From Podarcis gaigeae (lineage: Eukaryota): DNA of 64,000 nucleotides. The DNA lies in NCBI GenBank assembly GCA_964106915.2, contig OZ066916.1; one strand, given 5' to 3'. Each line of letters starts with the position of its first letter. Position 1 is the first letter of the stretch. This document shows, piece by piece, positions 62,890-64,000 of the stretch. Made by a program: the position numbers and the translations under genes. The notes below the pieces were generated by a model. That model saw only the letters and a program-made list of their open reading frames with translations. It made no database searches and was not told where the DNA came from.

Positions 62890-64000
62890 ACTCCTATCCC
62901 TTACTTGCACTTTACATATATATTTTTAAAATCTAACAAAACCATTATTCCAAGTGAAGATGGTGGGGGGAATCCCTCCAGAATATGTGACATCTTTGTT
63001 TCCTGGATACAACATATTCCAGTTACACTATCTCTGGATCATTCATCCAAAACTCTCCTTACTTTCCACAGAAAGGTATCTCATTAAAAAAGACTAATGA
63101 TTTCACGGACATTGGCCATGTTCTGTGTTGTTGACTTATTTGGAGAGGTGATCATTTTATTTTATATAGATGTGACTTTGAAAAGGAGTTAAGAGCTGGC
63201 AGCCTGAACAGAAGTTTAATTATTTTGTTAAAGCAATCAGCGCTATGGTGACTTCTTGTTATATTTTCATCAAATGCAAACACAAATATCATTTTTTGCA
63301 ATGTGTACTGAGAAAAACTGAGAAGTAACTTATGTGGACACTTTTTAAAGATTTGTATGTGAAACTGGTGCACCATGGTTGCACAAATTATTCCTTCTGA
63401 GCCACTGGCATGCTATCTTATTTATATTTTGTTGGAAATCCTGCTATGTATATAGCTGGTTATGTGCACTGAATAGTAATTTATTGTTTACCATTTCTTT
63501 TTAAAACTTCCCCCCATTTTTTATTTGTTTGTAATACAGCAGTCACTGGCCAATACATAGAGTAATGGTGTTTACATTGGCTCAGATAGTTTTTTTCTGG
63601 CTTAGAAAAAAATTAAAATTTCTAGCTAAGATTCAATATAGGTTCAAAGAAAAAATATTTGTGAGTTCAACTCTTTAGTGAAATACACATGTGACCTTCT
63701 ATGCCATTTTATATACTGCGTACAAGGTACAGTTCCAAAAGCAGTTTTCTATGAAGCATGGAAGGCTTCTACTGAGTAAAAATAAGTCTAAAGACCCGTT
63801 CAGCTCATGGAACTAGTTTCCTAATTATTTGAACTCTGGCCTTGGTAAACAAATACATTCTTTTTTTTAAAAATGTGCATTTTCCTCCATCTACTCTAGA
63901 ATGCTAGTTGATTGACAAAGTGAACATTTTCTATCCTTGGTGAAGTATTAAGTGGCATGCTTTGAAACCACACAGTCAGAATTAAATGCGAACTGAGTGC
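62890..64000 (+). other. FUT9: FUT9 3'UTR (partial, probably continues beyond the window)
   Basis: AU-rich sequence after the stop with no recognisable repeats. I did not spot a canonical AATAAA (only ATTAAA variants). Mammalian FUT9 is known to have a very long 3'UTR. Confidence 0.7.

Noticed and set aside
1-64000. CRISPR arrays, rRNA or tRNA genes, prokaryote-type operons or defence systems
   Set aside because: None seen; this is vertebrate DNA, and the tRNA-like boxes belong to SINE heads

Overview
Vertebrate genomic DNA, AT-rich and repeat-rich. Sauria SINEs, BovB, CR1 and Penelope-type repeats point to a squamate reptile, probably a lacertid-like lizard (inference). The window holds one gene, FUT9 (alpha-1,3-fucosyltransferase 9), on the + strand. 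It has a CpG-island promoter and probable first exon (~16.7-18.6 kb, donor at 17822/17823), a ~44 kb intronic interval, and a single coding exon (acceptor 61804/61805, ATG 61813, stop 62889, 358 aa) followed by 3'UTR. Almost all other ORFs in the track are spurious or repeat-derived. Five signals stand out. (1) Two Penelope-derived fold-back insertions, each flanked by a TSD, carry a complete minimal hammerhead ribozyme core; one is sense within the FUT9 intron. (2) A strong-Kozak ATG in the CpG-island exon would splice exactly in frame to FUT9, adding a 50-aa Cys-rich N-terminal tail. (3) A very young CpG-rich hAT/Buster element has an internal deletion that fuses the BED zinc finger in frame to the C-terminal dimerisation segment. 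(4) A ~58-bp-stem intronic hairpin has only G-U and A-C imperfections. (5) A perfect 66-bp inverted repeat brackets ~1 kb just upstream of the promoter. Repeat family names come from pattern recognition; no database search was run.
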